This document shows, in pieces, positions 18,413 through 32,000 of a stretch of 64,000 nt of DNA; position 1 is the stretch's first letter, and each line of letters starts with the position of its first letter. Location: the IMG/VR virus record IMGVR_UViG_3300046170_000519, positions 124,001 through 188,000 of that record; one strand, 5' to 3'. Under the pieces are notes generated by a model. The model saw only the letters and a list, made by a program, of their open reading frames with translations. It had not been told where the DNA came from and searched no databases. Both the position numbers and the translations under genes were made by a program.

Positions 18413-20053
18413 TTAAAAAAGTCTATCGATTAATCCATGTTTAAACATTAAATTAGGAGGAAATTTCGGAAAAGTTTTATCAATAGCAAATTCAGGTAAA
18501 ACCTTTTGGTTTTGGCTATTAAATTGCCCAGAAAAAGGGTTTAAATGAAAAGACATTTTTTCAGTTCTTTTTATAGAAGTAAAAGATTCATAACCACTTG
18601 ATATAAATCGAACATCTGGCTCAAATATATAAGACAAAGAGATATGTAGAACTGGAGATCCTACATAAATTTTAGATTTATAAATTGGATCATCAACATA
18701 CCTTCTCCAAAAATAAGAACCATCATTAAAATTAAAATTAAATGGGTAACTTTTTAATATTAAAAAATTATCATCAGAATTATAATTTAAAGCTGTTGAA
18801 TATAATTCTAATTCTCCAGAAGAAAAAGAATAATCTCCTTCATTGTAAGTTATATCTTGATTAATTACAAAATGAGGAAGATTGCTATAATCTAAAGTAG
18901 TAAGCCAGTCATCTATAGAGTATAAAGCTGAAGGAAGTTCATTAAACCAATATTGTGTATTTAAGGAACATAAATTAAAGTTTACATCTTCAACATTTAT
19001 GGTATTTTTAGTAAATAATTTTTTAAATAAAGATTCGTCTTTAATAAGCTGTTCAGAGTTTTGTGTTATTGTCGGTGTTTCGCTAGTATAACAAAGCACT
19101 GAAGCAAAATTACGAGGAGTATAATCTCCCAGAAGCGCTCTAAAAACAGATCCACTGTAAGCATAATCACTTTTATAACAAGAAGTTGGGTCATGAGTTA
19201 AAGTTTCGGTTGGTTCGGTTTTTAAATAAAAATCGTTAGACGCATTAATAGCCCCTTCTTCTACATTACTGTCGCTAGAGATTAATTCGCCGTATTGATT
19301 TTCGTTAATAAATGTAGCTAAATGTTCATAAAAACAATCATAATCTCCGCAACTTTTATAAAAAACTCTATAATCCGAATCGGTTGAATTAACTTTTTCT
19401 GTTACTTCTGAAACTCCATGAAAGACAGACTCATGAGAAAAATGAGGTTTATCTCCGCATAATAAAACAGTGTCAGTATTAATAGCTTCAAATAGTTCAA
19501 TATTAGTTATTGTTTCAGTATGAGTTGGGGTAAAGGGTGAATGAGTTTCAGTGAAAGTTGGGGTTGAGCATATTGAGCTACTAATAAGTGGAGGTGTAGT
19601 AAAAAAACTAGCATTTATATTTTTACTAAAACAGCCTTGATTGCAGTAAAAGACTGGACGATAATAATAAGCAGTTGATTTATCATTGCTGTACCAATAT
19701 TCCCAGTTTTGAATAATATCAACACTTTCATCTATATTGCTGTCGACAAATGAATCCATAAATAATGCTGCACAAGTTACTTCAGGAGAAGAATAGGTTT
19801 CAGTAGAACAATCGTAAGTCCAGGAGACAGCACACATTGAAGAATCTATTGATAATGACTCTTCGCAACAGTAAGAAACTGTATAAAGATTATTGCCATC
19901 TTTAGTTACTCCGTTTACGCTAAGAATATTTAAAGATAAAGTTGAACTGGTGCAGTCATTAATATAAGGCAGTACGTCAGCAAAACTACTAAGCTTATCT
20001 GCTGTCGAAATAGTAATTTCAGAATTTTCAGGACATTTTTTATTTGAAGACAT
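18413..20053 (-). CDS. hypothetical 546-aa protein, Cys-containing N-terminus, short TPT linkers; probable structural accessory protein
   Basis: Long ORF, 3 nt from the 4048-aa start, GTGTA motif upstream. Confidence 0.8.
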   Translation of the reverse strand: MSSNKKCPENSEITISTADKLSSFADVLPYINDCTSSTLSLNILSVNGVTKDGNNLYTVSYCCEESLSIDSSMCAVSWTYDCSTETYSSPEVTCAALFMDSFVDSNIDESVDIIQNWEYWYSNDKSTAYYYRPVFYCNQGCFSKNINASFFTTPPLISSSICSTPTFTETHSPFTPTHTETITNIELFEAINTDTVLLCGDKPHFSHESVFHGVSEVTEKVNSTDSDYRVFYKSCGDYDCFYEHLATFINENQYGELISSDSNVEEGAINASNDFYLKTEPTETLTHDPTSCYKSDYAYSGSVFRALLGDYTPRNFASVLCYTSETPTITQNSEQLIKDESLFKKLFTKNTINVEDVNFNLCSLNTQYWFNELPSALYSIDDWLTTLDYSNLPHFVINQDITYNEGDYSFSSGELELYSTALNYNSDDNFLILKSYPFNFNFNDGSYFWRRYVDDPIYKSKIYVGSPVLHISLSYIFEPDVRFISSGYESFTSIKRTEKMSFHLNPFSGQFNSQNQKVLPEFAIDKTFPKFPPNLMFKHGLIDRLF

Positions 20054-20068
20054 GGCGGGGAATAATTT

Positions 20069-20073
20069 TACAC
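20069..20073 (-). promoter_or_regulatory. GTGTA motif (putative late promoter)
   Basis: Minus strand ATTTATGTGTAAAATTATTCCCGCCATG upstream of 20053. Confidence 0.5.
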
Positions 20074-20078
20074 ATAAA

Positions 20079-23000
20079 TTAGTTCGTACAGTTGTATAAA
20101 ATTTCGTAATTAAAAGTTGTGGAATAAATAGTCGTTAAACCATTTGTTGTAGTTATGGTATTTTCGCTGTAAGAAATAGAGGTTTCAATCAAATAAGATT
20201 CGATACCATCTCTAGATCCACATAAGTTTATAACATCTTTTTCTGTTGGAGCCCTAGGATCTAAGCTGGGATGTTGAGAAGAACTCTGTTGTGTATTGCT
20301 GATTTCGAATGTACTATAATTAGAGGAAGATGGATCTAATACAGGAATAGCTTTAGGAACATTAAGAACATTATGGTGGCAAGGAGAATCTTGAACGCAA
20401 TCACTACATTTCGAATCATTCAAGCAAGCTGTAATTGAAACTTTATGATAACCATCTTTTTCAAAATCTATAGTATAATACTCTAAATTGAAATCAGAAG
20501 TTGATGTTGGCGTTGATTCATGATGCGGTAATTCTATATTAAAATTATATTTTTCATAATTATTAGATTTTACTTCTTTTATTAAATTAGATGTATTATT
20601 TTCATATACTTTTATATCCGCTTCATCAATGGCATTTAAATCTCCATCATGAAATAATCCGTAGTAGTAACTTTTATCTTCTACGTCCATAGTTCCATCA
20701 CAAATACTGCAAGCTTCGGAATTAGAAAGGATTGGTAATAAATCAGTAAAGTGATATTGATTATTATAATCTTTTCCAAAAAATCTTACATGTAAAGAAG
20801 CTTGAGAATAAGGTATAAATGCTGCAGCTCCTCGATTCGCCGCAACTTTTAATAGTCGAGGATATGATATATCAGTTGAAGTATGCTGTAATACTCCGTT
20901 AAAAGCTGGCGAACCATACACTCTAAATGGATTTGAATTATTAACAAAAACGATTAAACCTGGATTTCCTCCAGCATTAATGCATATAACATTACTGATT
21001 GAGACTCCTTGAAGAGGAGAATCACACTCAACATACATTTCTAAAGGTAATTCTTCTGATGGAGTTGGGGTATGAGTGTCTGTGTCTGTTAATGTAGTAG
21101 TCGGAGTTTCACAAGAAACACAGCATTGATCGCAAGAATCTTGTGGGTAAACATCATTAGCTTTAGGAGTATCAGTTGAATCTGCAGGAATAACTTTATT
21201 AATTAATAAATTATTGTTAAATTCCTGAGAATTTTTGAATTGACCTGCAGAACCTCCACAAGAAGAAGCTGAAACCGCATTACAGAAAGAAACATCAACT
21301 TGAGAGTCAAATACATAACATTTAGAGGTTGAGAAATCTTTAATAACACTTGGGAAATCAGCATAAGATTCAACTCCTATATAAGCTGGTAATGTAGCAG
21401 AAAGGCAGTTGCTAGGCTCAGAACCATCTCCACAGGTGTATGAGCAACTAATATACTTACCGCAGAGTCCAAAGCCACAAGTCTCAGTTTCAGTTTGAGT
21501 CTGAGTTTCTGTCTCTGTTGCTGTTTGAGTCTGAGTTTCTGTCTCTGTTGCTGTTTGAGTCTGAGTTTCTGTCTCTGTTGCTGTCTGAGTCTGAGTTCTT
21601 GTTTGAGTGTTTGTAGCTGTCTGGGTCTCAACCTCTGTTTCTGTCTCTGTCTCGGTTTGAGTGTTTGTTGATGTCTCGGTCTGAGTTCGTGTTTGAGTCT
21701 TTGTTACTGTCTGGGTCTCAGTCTCTGTTTCAGTCTCTGTCTCGGTCTGAGTTTGTGTTTGAGTCTTTGTTGCTGTCTGGGTCTCAGTCTCTGTTTCAGT
21801 CTCTGTCTCGGTCTGAGTTTGTGTTTTAGTCTGAGTCTGAGTTTCTGTCTCGGTCTGAGTTTGTGTTTGAGTCTTTGTTGCTGTCTGGGTCTCAGTCTCT
21901 GTTTCAGTCTCTGTCTCGGTCTGAGTTTGTGTTTCAGTCTGAGTCTGAGTTTCTGTCTCGGTCTGAGTTCGTGTTTGAGTCTTTGTTGCTGTCTGGGTCT
22001 CAGTCTCTGTTTCAGTCTCTGCCTCGGTCTGAGTTTGTGTTTCAGTCTGAGTTTGTGTTTCAGTCTGAGTCTGAGTTTCTGTCTCGGTCTGAGTTCGTGT
22101 TTGAGTCTTTGTTGCTGTCTGGGTCTCAGTCTCTGTTTCAGTCTCTGTCTCGGTCTGAGTTTGTGTTTCAGTCTGAGTCTGAGTTTCTGTCTCGGTCTGA
22201 GTTCGTGTTTGAGTCTTTGTTGCTGTCTGGGTCTCAGTCTCTGTTTCAGTCTCTGTCTCGGTCTGAGTTTGTGTTTCAGTCTGAGTCTGAGTTTCTGTCT
22301 CGGTCTGAGTCTGAGTTTCTGTCTCGGTCTGAGTCTGAGTTTCTGTCTCGGTCTGAGTCTGAGTTTGTGTTTCTGTCTCGGTCTGAGTCTGAGTTTGTGT
22401 TTCTGTCTCGGTCTGAGTCTGAGTTTCTGTCTCGGTCTGAGTCTGAGTTTGTGTTTCAGTCTGAGTTTGTGTTTCTGTCTCGGTCTGAGTTTGTGTTTCT
22501 GTCTCGGTCTGAGTCTGAGTTTCTGTCTCGGTCTGAGTCTGAGTTTGTGTTTCAGTCTGAGTCTGAGTTTGTGTTTCAGTCTGAGTCTGAGTTTGTGTTT
22601 CAGTCTGAGTCTGAGTTTGTGTTTCAGTCTGAGTCTGAGTTTCAGTAAAGGTATTTGTTTCAGTCTGAGTCTCTGTTTCAGTCTCTGTCTCGGTCTGAGT
22701 TTGTGTTTCAGTAAAGGTATTTGTTTCAGTCTGAGTCTGAGTTTCTGTCTCGGTCTGAGTCTGGGTTTCTGTCTCGGTCTGAGTCTGAGTTTCTGTTTCA
22801 GTCTGAGTCTGAGTTTGTGTTTCAGTCTGAGTCTGAGTTTCTGTTTCAGTCTGAGTCTGAGTTTCTGTTTCAGTCTGAGTCTGAGTTTCAGTAAAGGTAT
22901 TTGTTTCAGTCTGAGTCTGAGTTTCTGTCTCGGTCTGAGTCTGAGTTTGTGTTTCAGTCTGAGTCTGAGTTTCTGTCTCGGTCTGAGTCTGAGTTTGTGT

Positions 23001-26000
23001 TTCAGTCTGAGTCTGAGTCTCTGTTTCAGTCTGAGTCTGAGTTTCTGTCTCGGTCTGAGTCTGGGTTTCTGTCTCGGTCTGAGTCTGAGTCTCTGTTTCA
23101 GTCTGAGTCTGAGTTTCTGTCTCGGTCTGAGTCTGAGTTTGTGTTTCTGTCTCGGTCTGAGTCTGAGTTTCTGTCTCGGTCTGAGTCTGAGTTTCTGTTT
23201 CAGTCTGAGTCTGAGTTTCTGTTTCAGTCTGAGTCTGAGTCTGAGTTTGTGTTTCAGTAAAGGTATTTGTTTCAGTCTGAGTCTGAGTTTCTGTCTCGGT
23301 CTGAGTCTGAGTTTGTGTTTCTGTCTCGGTCTGAGTCTGAGTTTCTGTCTCGGTCTGAGTCTGAGTTTGTGTTTCTGTCTCGGTCTGAGTCTGAGTTTGT
23401 GTTTCTGTCTCGGTCTGAGTCTGAGTTTCTGTCTCGGTCTGAGTCTGAGTTTGTGTTTCTGTCTCGGTCTGAGTCTGAGTTTGTGTTTCTGTCTCGGTCT
23501 GAGTCTGAGTTTGTGTTTCTGTCTCGGTCTGAGTCTGAGTTTGTGTTTCTGTCTCGGTCTGAGTCTGAGTTTGTGTTTCTGTCTCGGTCTGAGTCTGAGT
23601 CTCTGTTTCAGTCTCTGTCTCGGTCTGAGTTTGTGTTTCAGTCTGAGTCTGAGTTTCTGTCTCGGTCTGAGTCTGAGTTTCTGTCTCGGTCTGAGTCTGA
23701 GTTTCTGTCTCGGTCTGAGTCTGAGTTTGTGTTTCTGTCTCGGTCTGAGTCTGAGTTTGTGTTTCTGTCTCGGTCTGAGTCTGAGTTTCTGTCTCGGTCT
23801 GAGTCTGAGTTTGTGTTTCAGTCTGAGTTTGTGTTTCTGTCTCGGTCTGAGTTTGTGTTTCTGTCTCGGTCTGAGTCTGAGTTTCTGTCTCGGTCTGAGT
23901 CTGAGTTTGTGTTTCAGTCTGAGTCTGAGTTTGTGTTTCAGTCTGAGTCTGAGTTTGTGTTTCAGTCTGAGTCTGAGTTTGTGTTTCAGTCTGAGTCTGA
24001 GTTTCAGTAAAGGTATTTGTTTCAGTCTGAGTCTCTGTTTCAGTCTCTGTCTCGGTCTGAGTTTGTGTTTCAGTAAAGGTATTTGTTTCAGTCTGAGTCT
24101 GAGTTTCTGTCTCGGTCTGAGTCTGGGTTTCTGTCTCGGTCTGAGTCTGAGTTTCTGTTTCAGTCTGAGTCTGAGTTTGTGTTTCAGTCTGAGTCTGAGT
24201 TTCTGTTTCAGTCTGAGTCTGAGTTTCTGTTTCAGTCTGAGTCTGAGTTTCAGTAAAGGTATTTGTTTCAGTCTGAGTCTGAGTTTCTGTCTCGGTCTGA
24301 GTCTGAGTTTGTGTTTGAGTCTGAGTCTGAGTTTCTGTCTCGGTCTGAGTCTGAGTTTGTGTTTCAGTCTGAGTCTGAGTCTCTGTTTCAGTCTGAGTCT
24401 GAGTTTCTGTCTCGGTCTGAGTCTGGGTTTCTGTCTCGGTCTGAGTCTGAGTCTCTGTTTCAGTCTGAGTCTGAGTTTCTGTCTCGGTCTGAGTCTGAGT
24501 CTGAGTTTCTGTCTCGGTCTGAGTCTGAGTTTCTGTCTCGGTCTGAGTCTGAGTTTCTGTCTCGGTCTGAGTCTGAGTTTCTGTTTCAGTCTGAGTCTGA
24601 GTTTCTGTTTCAGTCTGAGTCTGAGTCTGAGTTTGTGTTTCAGTAAAGGTATTTGTTTCAGTCTGAGTCTGAGTTTCTGTCTCGGTCTGAGTCTGAGTTT
24701 GTGTTTCTGTCTCGGTCTGAGTCTGAGTTTGTGTTTCTGTCTCGGTCTGAGTTTCTGTCTCGGTCTGAGTCTGAGTTTCTGTCTCGGTCTGAGTCTGAGT
24801 TTGTGTTTCTGTCTCGGTCTGAGTCTGAGTTTCTGTCTCGGTCTGAGTCTGAGTTTGTGTTTCTGTTTCAGTCTGAGTTTGTGTTTCTGTCTCGGTCTGA
24901 GTCTGAGTCTGAGTTTCTGTTTCAGTCTGAGTCTGAGTTTCTGTCTCGGTCTGAGTCTGAGTTTCTGTTTCAGTCTGAGTCTGAGTTTCTGTCTCGGTCT
25001 GAGTCTGAGTCTGAGTTTCTGTCTCGGTCTGAGTTTGTGTTTCTGTCTCGGTCTGAGTCTGAGTTTCTGTCTCGGTCTGAGTCTGAGTTTGTGTTTCAGT
25101 CTGAGTCTGAGTTTGTGTTTCAGTCTGAGTCTGAGTTTGTGTTTCAGTCTGAGTCTGAGTTTGTGTTTCAGTCTGAGTCTGAGTTTCAGTAAAGGTATTT
25201 GTTTCAGTCTGAGTCTCTGTTTCAGTCTCTGTCTCGGTCTGAGTTTGTGTTTCAGTAAAGGTATTTGTTTCAGTCTGAGTCTGAGTTTCTGTCTCGGTCT
25301 GAGTCTGGGTTTCTGTCTCGGTCTGAGTCTGAGTTTCTGTTTCAGTCTGAGTCTGAGTTTGTGTTTCAGTCTGAGTCTGAGTTTCTGTCTCGGTCTGAGT
25401 CTGAGTTTGTGTTTCAGTCTGAGTTTGTGTTTCTGTCTCGGTCTGAGTTTGTGTTTCTGTCTCGGTCTGAGTCTGAGTTTCTGAGTCTGAGTTTGTGTTT
25501 GAGTCTGAGTCTGAGTTTCTGTCTCGGTCTGAGTCTGAGTTTGTGTTTCAGTCTGAGTCTGAGTCTCTGTTTCAGTCTGAGTCTGAGTTTCTGTCTCGGT
25601 CTGAGTCTGGGTTTCTGTCTCGGTCTGAGTCTGAGTCTCTGTTTCAGTCTGAGTCTGAGTTTCTGTCTCGGTCTGAGTCTGAGTCTGAGTTTCTGTCTCG
25701 GTCTGAGTCTGAGTTTCTGTCTCGGTCTGAGTCTGAGTTTCTGTTTCAGTCTGAGTCTGAGTTTCTGTTTCAGTCTGAGTCTGAGTCTGAGTTTGTGTTT
25801 CAGTAAAGGTATTTGTTTCAGTCTGAGTCTGAGTTTCTGTCTCGGTCTGAGTCTGAGTTTGTGTTTCTGTCTCGGTCTGAGTCTGAGTTTGTGTTTCTGT
25901 CTCGGTCTGAGTTTCTGTCTCGGTCTGAGTCTGAGTTTCTGTCTCGGTCTGAGTCTGAGTTTGTGTTTCTGTCTCGGTCTGAGTCTGAGTTTCTGTCTCG

Positions 26001-29000
26001 GTCTGAGTCTGAGTTTGTGTTTCTGTTTCAGTCTGAGTTTGTGTTTCTGTCTCGGTCTGAGTCTGAGTCTGAGTTTCTGTTTCAGTCTGAGTCTGAGTTT
26101 CTGTCTCGGTCTGAGTCTGAGTTTCTGTTTCAGTCTGAGTCTGAGTTTCTGTCTCGGTCTGAGTCTGAGTCTGAGTTTCTGTCTCGGTCTGAGTCTGAGT
26201 CTGAGTTTCTGTTTCGGTCTGAGTCTGAGTTTCTGTCTCGGTCTGAGTCTGAGTCTGAGTTTGTGTTTCAGTAAAGGTATTTGTTTCAGTCTGAGTCTGA
26301 GTTTCTGTCTCGGTCTGAGTCTGAGTCTGAGTTTCTGTCTCGGTCTGAGTCTGAGTCTCTGTTTGAGTCTGAGTACCAGTTTCTGTTTCAGTCTGAGTCT
26401 GAGTTTGTGTTTCAGTCTGAGTCTGAGTCTGAGTTTCTGTTTCAGTCTGAGTCTGAGTTTCTGTCTCGGTCTGAGTCTGAGTCTGAGTTTGTGTTTCAGT
26501 AAAGGTATTTGTTTCAGTCTGAGTCTGAGTTTCTGTCTCGGTCTGAGTCTGAGTTTGTGTTTCTGTCTCGGTCTGAGTCTGAGTTTGTGTTTCTGTCTCG
26601 GTCTGAGTCTGAGTTTGTGTTTCTGTCTCGGTCTGAGTCTGAGTTTGTGTTTCTGTCTCGGTCTGAGTCTGAGTTTGTGTTTCTGTCTCGGTCTGAGTCT
26701 GAGTTTGTGTTTCTGTCTCGGTCTGAGTCTGAGTTTGTGTTTCTGTCTCGGTCTGAGTCTGAGTCTCTGTTTCAGTCTCTGTCTCGGTCTGAGTTTGTGT
26801 TTCAGTCTGAGTCTGAGTTTCTGTCTCGGTCTGAGTCTGAGTTTCTGTCTCGGTCTGAGTCTGAGTTTCTGTCTCGGTCTGAGTCTGAGTTTCTGTCTCG
26901 GTCTGAGTCTGAGTTTCTGTCTCGGTCTGAGTCTGAGTTTGTGTTTCTGTCTCGGTCTGAGTCTGAGTTTGTGTTTCTGTCTCGGTCTGAGTCTGAGTTT
27001 CTGTCTCGGTCTGAGTCTGAGTTTGTGTTTCAGTCTGAGTTTGTGTTTCTGTCTCGGTCTGAGTTTGTGTTTCTGTCTCGGTCTGAGTTTGTGTTTCTGT
27101 CTCGGTCTGAGTCTGAGTTTCTGTCTCGGTCTGAGTCTGAGTTTGTGTTTCAGTCTGAGTCTGAGTTTGTGTTTCAGTCTGAGTCTGAGTTTGTGTTTCA
27201 GTCTGAGTCTGAGTTTGTGTTTCAGTCTGAGTCTGAGTTTCAGTAAAGGTATTTGTTTCAGTCTGAGTCTCTGTTTCAGTCTCTGTCTCGGTCTGAGTTT
27301 GTGTTTCAGTAAAGGTATTTGTTTCAGTCTGAGTCTGAGTTTCTGTCTCGGTCTGAGTCTGGGTTTCTGTCTCGGTCTGAGTCTGAGTTTCTGTTTCAGT
27401 CTGAGTCTGAGTTTGTGTTTCAGTCTGAGTCTGAGTTTCTGTTTCAGTCTGAGTCTGAGTTTCTGTTTCAGTCTGAGTCTGAGTTTCAGTAAAGGTATTT
27501 GTTTCAGTCTGAGTCTGAGTTTCTGTCTCGGTCTGAGTCTGAGTTTGTGTTTCAGTCTGAGTCTGAGTTTCTGTCTCGGTCTGAGTCTGAGTTTGTGTTT
27601 CAGTCTGAGTCTGAGTCTCTGTTTCAGTCTGAGTCTGAGTTTCTGTCTCGGTCTGAGTCTGGGTTTCTGTCTCGGTCTGAGTCTGAGTCTCTGTTTCAGT
27701 CTGAGTCTGAGTTTCTGTCTCGGTCTGAGTCTGAGTTTGTGTTTCTGTCTCGGTCTGAGTCTGAGTTTCTGTCTCGGTCTGAGTCTGAGTTTCTGTTTCA
27801 GTCTGAGTCTGAGTTTCTGTTTCAGTCTGAGTCTGAGTCTGAGTTTGTGTTTCAGTAAAGGTATTTGTTTCAGTCTGAGTCTGAGTTTCTGTCTCGGTCT
27901 GAGTCTGAGTTTGTGTTTCTGTATCGGTCTGAGTCTGAGTTTCTGTCTCGGTCTGAGTCTGAGTTTGTGTTTCTGTCTCGGTCTGAGTCTGAGTTTGTGT
28001 TTCTGTCTCGGTCTGAGTCTGAGTTTCTGTCTCGGTCTGAGTCTGAGTCTGAGTTTGTGTTTCAGTAAAGGTATTTGTTTCAGTCTGAGTCTGAGTTTCT
28101 GTCTCGGTCTGAGTCTGAGTTTGTGTTTCTGTCTCGGTCTGAGTCTGAGTTTGTGTTTCTGTCTCGGTCTGAGTCTGAGTTTGTGTTTCTGTCTCGGTCT
28201 GAGTCTGAGTTTGTGTTTCTGTCTCGGTCTGAGTCTGAGTTTCTGTCTCGGTCTGAGTCTGAGTTTGTGTTTCAGTCTGAGTTTGTGTTTCTGTCTCGGT
28301 CTGAGTTTGTGTTTCTGTCTCGGTCTGAGTCTGAGTTTCTGTCTCGGTCTGAGTCTGAGTTTGTGTTTCAGTCTGAGTCTGAGTTTGTGTTTCAGTCTGA
28401 GTCTGAGTTTGTGTTTCAGTCTGAGTCTGAGTTTGTGTTTCAGTCTGAGTCTGAGTTTCAGTAAAGGTATTTGTTTCAGTCTGAGTCTCTGTTTCAGTCT
28501 CTGTCTCGGTCTGAGTTTGTGTTTCAGTAAAGGTATTTGTTTCAGTCTGAGTCTGAGTTTCTGTCTCGGTCTGAGTCTGGGTTTCTGTCTCGGTCTGAGT
28601 CTGAGTTTCTGTTTCAGTCTGAGTCTGAGTTTGTGTTTCAGTCTGAGTCTGAGTTTCTGTTTCAGTCTGAGTCTGAGTTTCTGTTTCAGTCTGAGTCTGA
28701 GTTTCAGTAAAGGTATTTGTTTCAGTCTGAGTCTGAGTTTCTGTCTCGGTCTGAGTCTGAGTTTGTGTTTGAGTCTGAGTCTGAGTTTCTGTCTCGGTCT
28801 GAGTCTGAGTTTGTGTTTCAGTCTGAGTCTGAGTCTCTGTTTCAGTCTGAGTCTGAGTTTCTGTCTCGGTCTGAGTCTGGGTTTCTGTCTCGGTCTGAGT
28901 CTGAGTCTCTGTTTCAGTCTGAGTCTGAGTTTCTGTCTCGGTCTGAGTCTGAGTCTGAGTTTCTGTCTCGGTCTGAGTCTGAGTTTCTGTCTCGGTCTGA

Positions 29001-32000
29001 GTCTGAGTTTCTGTTTCAGTCTGAGTCTGAGTTTCTGTTTCAGTCTGAGTCTGAGTCTGAGTTTGTGTTTCAGTAAAGGTATTTGTTTCAGTCTGAGTCT
29101 GAGTTTCTGTCTCGGTCTGAGTCTGAGTTTGTGTTTCTGTCTCGGTCTGAGTCTGAGTTTGTGTTTCTGTCTCGGTCTGAGTTTCTGTCTCGGTCTGAGT
29201 CTGAGTTTCTGTCTCGGTCTGAGTCTGAGTTTGTGTTTCTGTCTCGGTCTGAGTCTGAGTTTCTGTCTCGGTCTGAGTCTGAGTTTGTGTTTCTGTTTCA
29301 GTCTGAGTTTGTGTTTCTGTCTCGGTCTGAGTCTGAGTCTGAGTTTCTGTTTCAGTCTGAGTCTGAGTTTCTGTCTCGGTCTGAGTCTGAGTTTCTGTTT
29401 CAGTCTGAGTCTGAGTTTCTGTCTCGGTCTGAGTCTGAGTTTCTGTCTCGGTCTGAGTCTGAGTTTCTGTCTCGGTCTGAGTCTGAGTTTCTGTCTCGGT
29501 CTGAGTCTGAGTTTCTGTCTCGGTCTGAGTCTGAGTTTCTGTCTCGGTCTGAGTCTGAGTTTCTGTCTCGGTCTGAGTCTGAGTTTGTGTTTCTGTCTCG
29601 GTCTGAGTCTGAGTTTGTGTTTCTGTCTCGGTCTGAGTCTGAGTCTGAGTTTGTGTTTCAGTCTGAGTCTGAGTTTCTGTCTCGGTCTGAGTCTGAGTCT
29701 GAGTTTGTGTTTCAGTCTGAGTCTGAGTTTCTGTTTCAGTAAAGGTATTTGTTTCAGTCTGAGTCTGAGTTTCTGTCTCGGTCTGAGTCTGAGTTTGTGT
29801 TTCTGTCTCGGTCTGAGTCTGAGTTTGTGTTTCTGTCTCGGTCTGAGTCTGAGTTTGTGTCTCGGTCTGAGTCTGAGTTTGTGTTTCTGTTTCAGTCTGA
29901 GTTTGTGTTTCTGTCTCGGTCTGAGTTTGAGTTTGTGTTTCTGTCTCGGTCTGAGTCTGAGTCTGAGTTTCTGTTTCAGTCTGAGTCTGAGTTTGTGTTT
30001 CTGTCTCGGTCTGAGTCTGAGTTTCTGTCTCGGTCTGAGTCTGAGTTTGTGTTTCTGTCTCGGTCTGAGTCTGAGTTTGTGTTTCTGTTTCAGTCTGAGT
30101 CTGAGTTTCAGTAAAGGTGTTTGTTCAGTCTGAGTCTGAGTTTGTGTCTCAGTCTGAGTCGCTGTTCAGTCTCTGTTTCAGTCTGAGTCTGAGTCTGAGT
30201 TTGTGTTTCATGTCTCGGTCTGAGTCTGAGTTTCTGTCTCGGTCTGAGTCTGAGTTTGTGTTTCTGTTTCAGTCTGAGTTTGTGTTTCTGTCTCTGTCTG
30301 AGTCTGAGTTTGTGTTTCAGTCTGAGTCTGAGTTTCTGTCTCGGTCTGAGTCTGAGTTTCTGTCTCGGTCTGAGTCTGAGTTTGTGTTTCAGTCTGAGTT
30401 TGTGTTTCTGTCTCGGTCTGAGTCTGAGTTTGTGTTTCAGTCTGAGTCTGAGTTTCTGTTTCAGTCTGAGTCTGAGTTTCTGTCTCGGTCTGAGTCTGAG
30501 TTTCTGTCTCGGTCTGAGTCTGAGTTTCTGTCTCGGTCTGAGTCTGAGTCTGAGTCTGAGTTTCTGTCTCGGTCTGAGTCTGAGTTTGTGTTTCAGTAAA
30601 GGTATTTGTTTCAGTCTGAGTCTGAGTTTCTGTTTCAGTCTGAGTCTGAGTCTGAGTTTGTGTTTCAGTAAAGGTATTTGTTTCAGTCTGAGTCTGAGTT
30701 TCTGTCTCGGTCTGAGTCTGAGTTTGTGTTTCTGTCTCGGTCTGAGTCTGAGTTTCTGTCTCGGTCTGAGTCTGAGTTTCTGTCTCGGTCTGAGTCTGAG
30801 TTTCTGTTTCAGTCTGAGTCTGAGTTTCTGTCTCGGTCTGAGTCTGAGTTTCTGTTTCAGTCTGAGTCTGAGTTTCTGTCTCGGTCTGAGTCTGAGTCTG
30901 AGTTTCTGTCTCGGTCTGAGTCTGAGTCTGAGTTTCTGTCTCGGTCTGAGTCTGAGTTTGTGTTTCAGTCTGAGTCTGAGTTTGTGTCTCGGTCTGAGTC
31001 TGAGTCTGAGTTTCTGTTTCAGTCTGAGTCTGAGTCTGAGTTTGTGTTTCAGTCTGAGTCTGAGTTTCTGTTTCAGTCTGAGTCTGAGTTTCTGTCTCGG
31101 TCTGAGTCTGAGTTTCTGTCTCGGTCTGAGTCTGAGTTTCTGTCTCGGTCTGAGTCTGAGTTTCTGTTTCAGTCTGAGTCTGAGTTTCTGTCTCGGTCTG
31201 AGTCTGAGTTTGTGTTTCAGTCTGAGTCTGAGTTTGTGTTTCAGTCTGAGTCTGAGTCTGAGTTTGTGTTTCTGTTTCAGTCTGAGTTTCTGTCTCGGTC
31301 TGAGTCTGAGTTTCTGTCTCGGTCTGAGTCTGAGTTTCTGTCTCGGTCTGAGTCTGAGTTTCTGTCTCGGTCTGAGTCTGAGTTTGTGTTTCTGTTTCAG
31401 TCTGAGTTTGTGTTTCTGTCTCGGTCTGAGTCTGAGTTTCTGTCTCGGTCTGAGTCTGAGTCTGAGTTTCTGTTTCAGTCTGAGTCTGAGTTTCTGTTTC
31501 AGTCTGAGTCTGAGTTTGTGTTTCAGTAAAGGTATTTGTTTCAGTCTGAGTCTGAGTTTCTGTCTCGGTCTGAGTCTGAGTTTGTGTTTCTGTCTCGGTC
31601 TGAGTCTGAGTTTGTGTTTCTGTCTCGGTCTGAGTCTGAGTTTGTGTTTCTGTCTCGGTCTGAGTCTGAGTTTGTGTTTCTGTCTCGGTCTGAGTCCGAG
31701 TTTGTGTTTCTGTTTCAGTCTGAGTTTCTGTCTCGGTCTGAGTTTCTGTCTCGGTCTGAGTCTGAGTTTGTGTTTCTGTCTCGGTCTGAGTCTGAGTTTC
31801 TGTCTCGGTCTGAGTCTGAGTTTGTGTTTCTGTTTCAGTCTGAGTTTGTGTTTCAGTCTGAGTCTGAGTTTCTGTCTCGGTCTGAGTCTGAGTTTGTGTT
31901 TCTGTTTCAGTCTGAGTTTGTGTTTCTGTCTCGGTCTGAGTCTGAGTTTCTGTCTCGGTCTGAGTCTGAGTTTGTGTTTCTGTTTCAGTCTGAGTTTGTG

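Noticed and set aside
20079-21038. 319-aa ORF as an independent gene
   Set aside because: Its frame is open upstream into the array; the ATG is internal to the giant gene.
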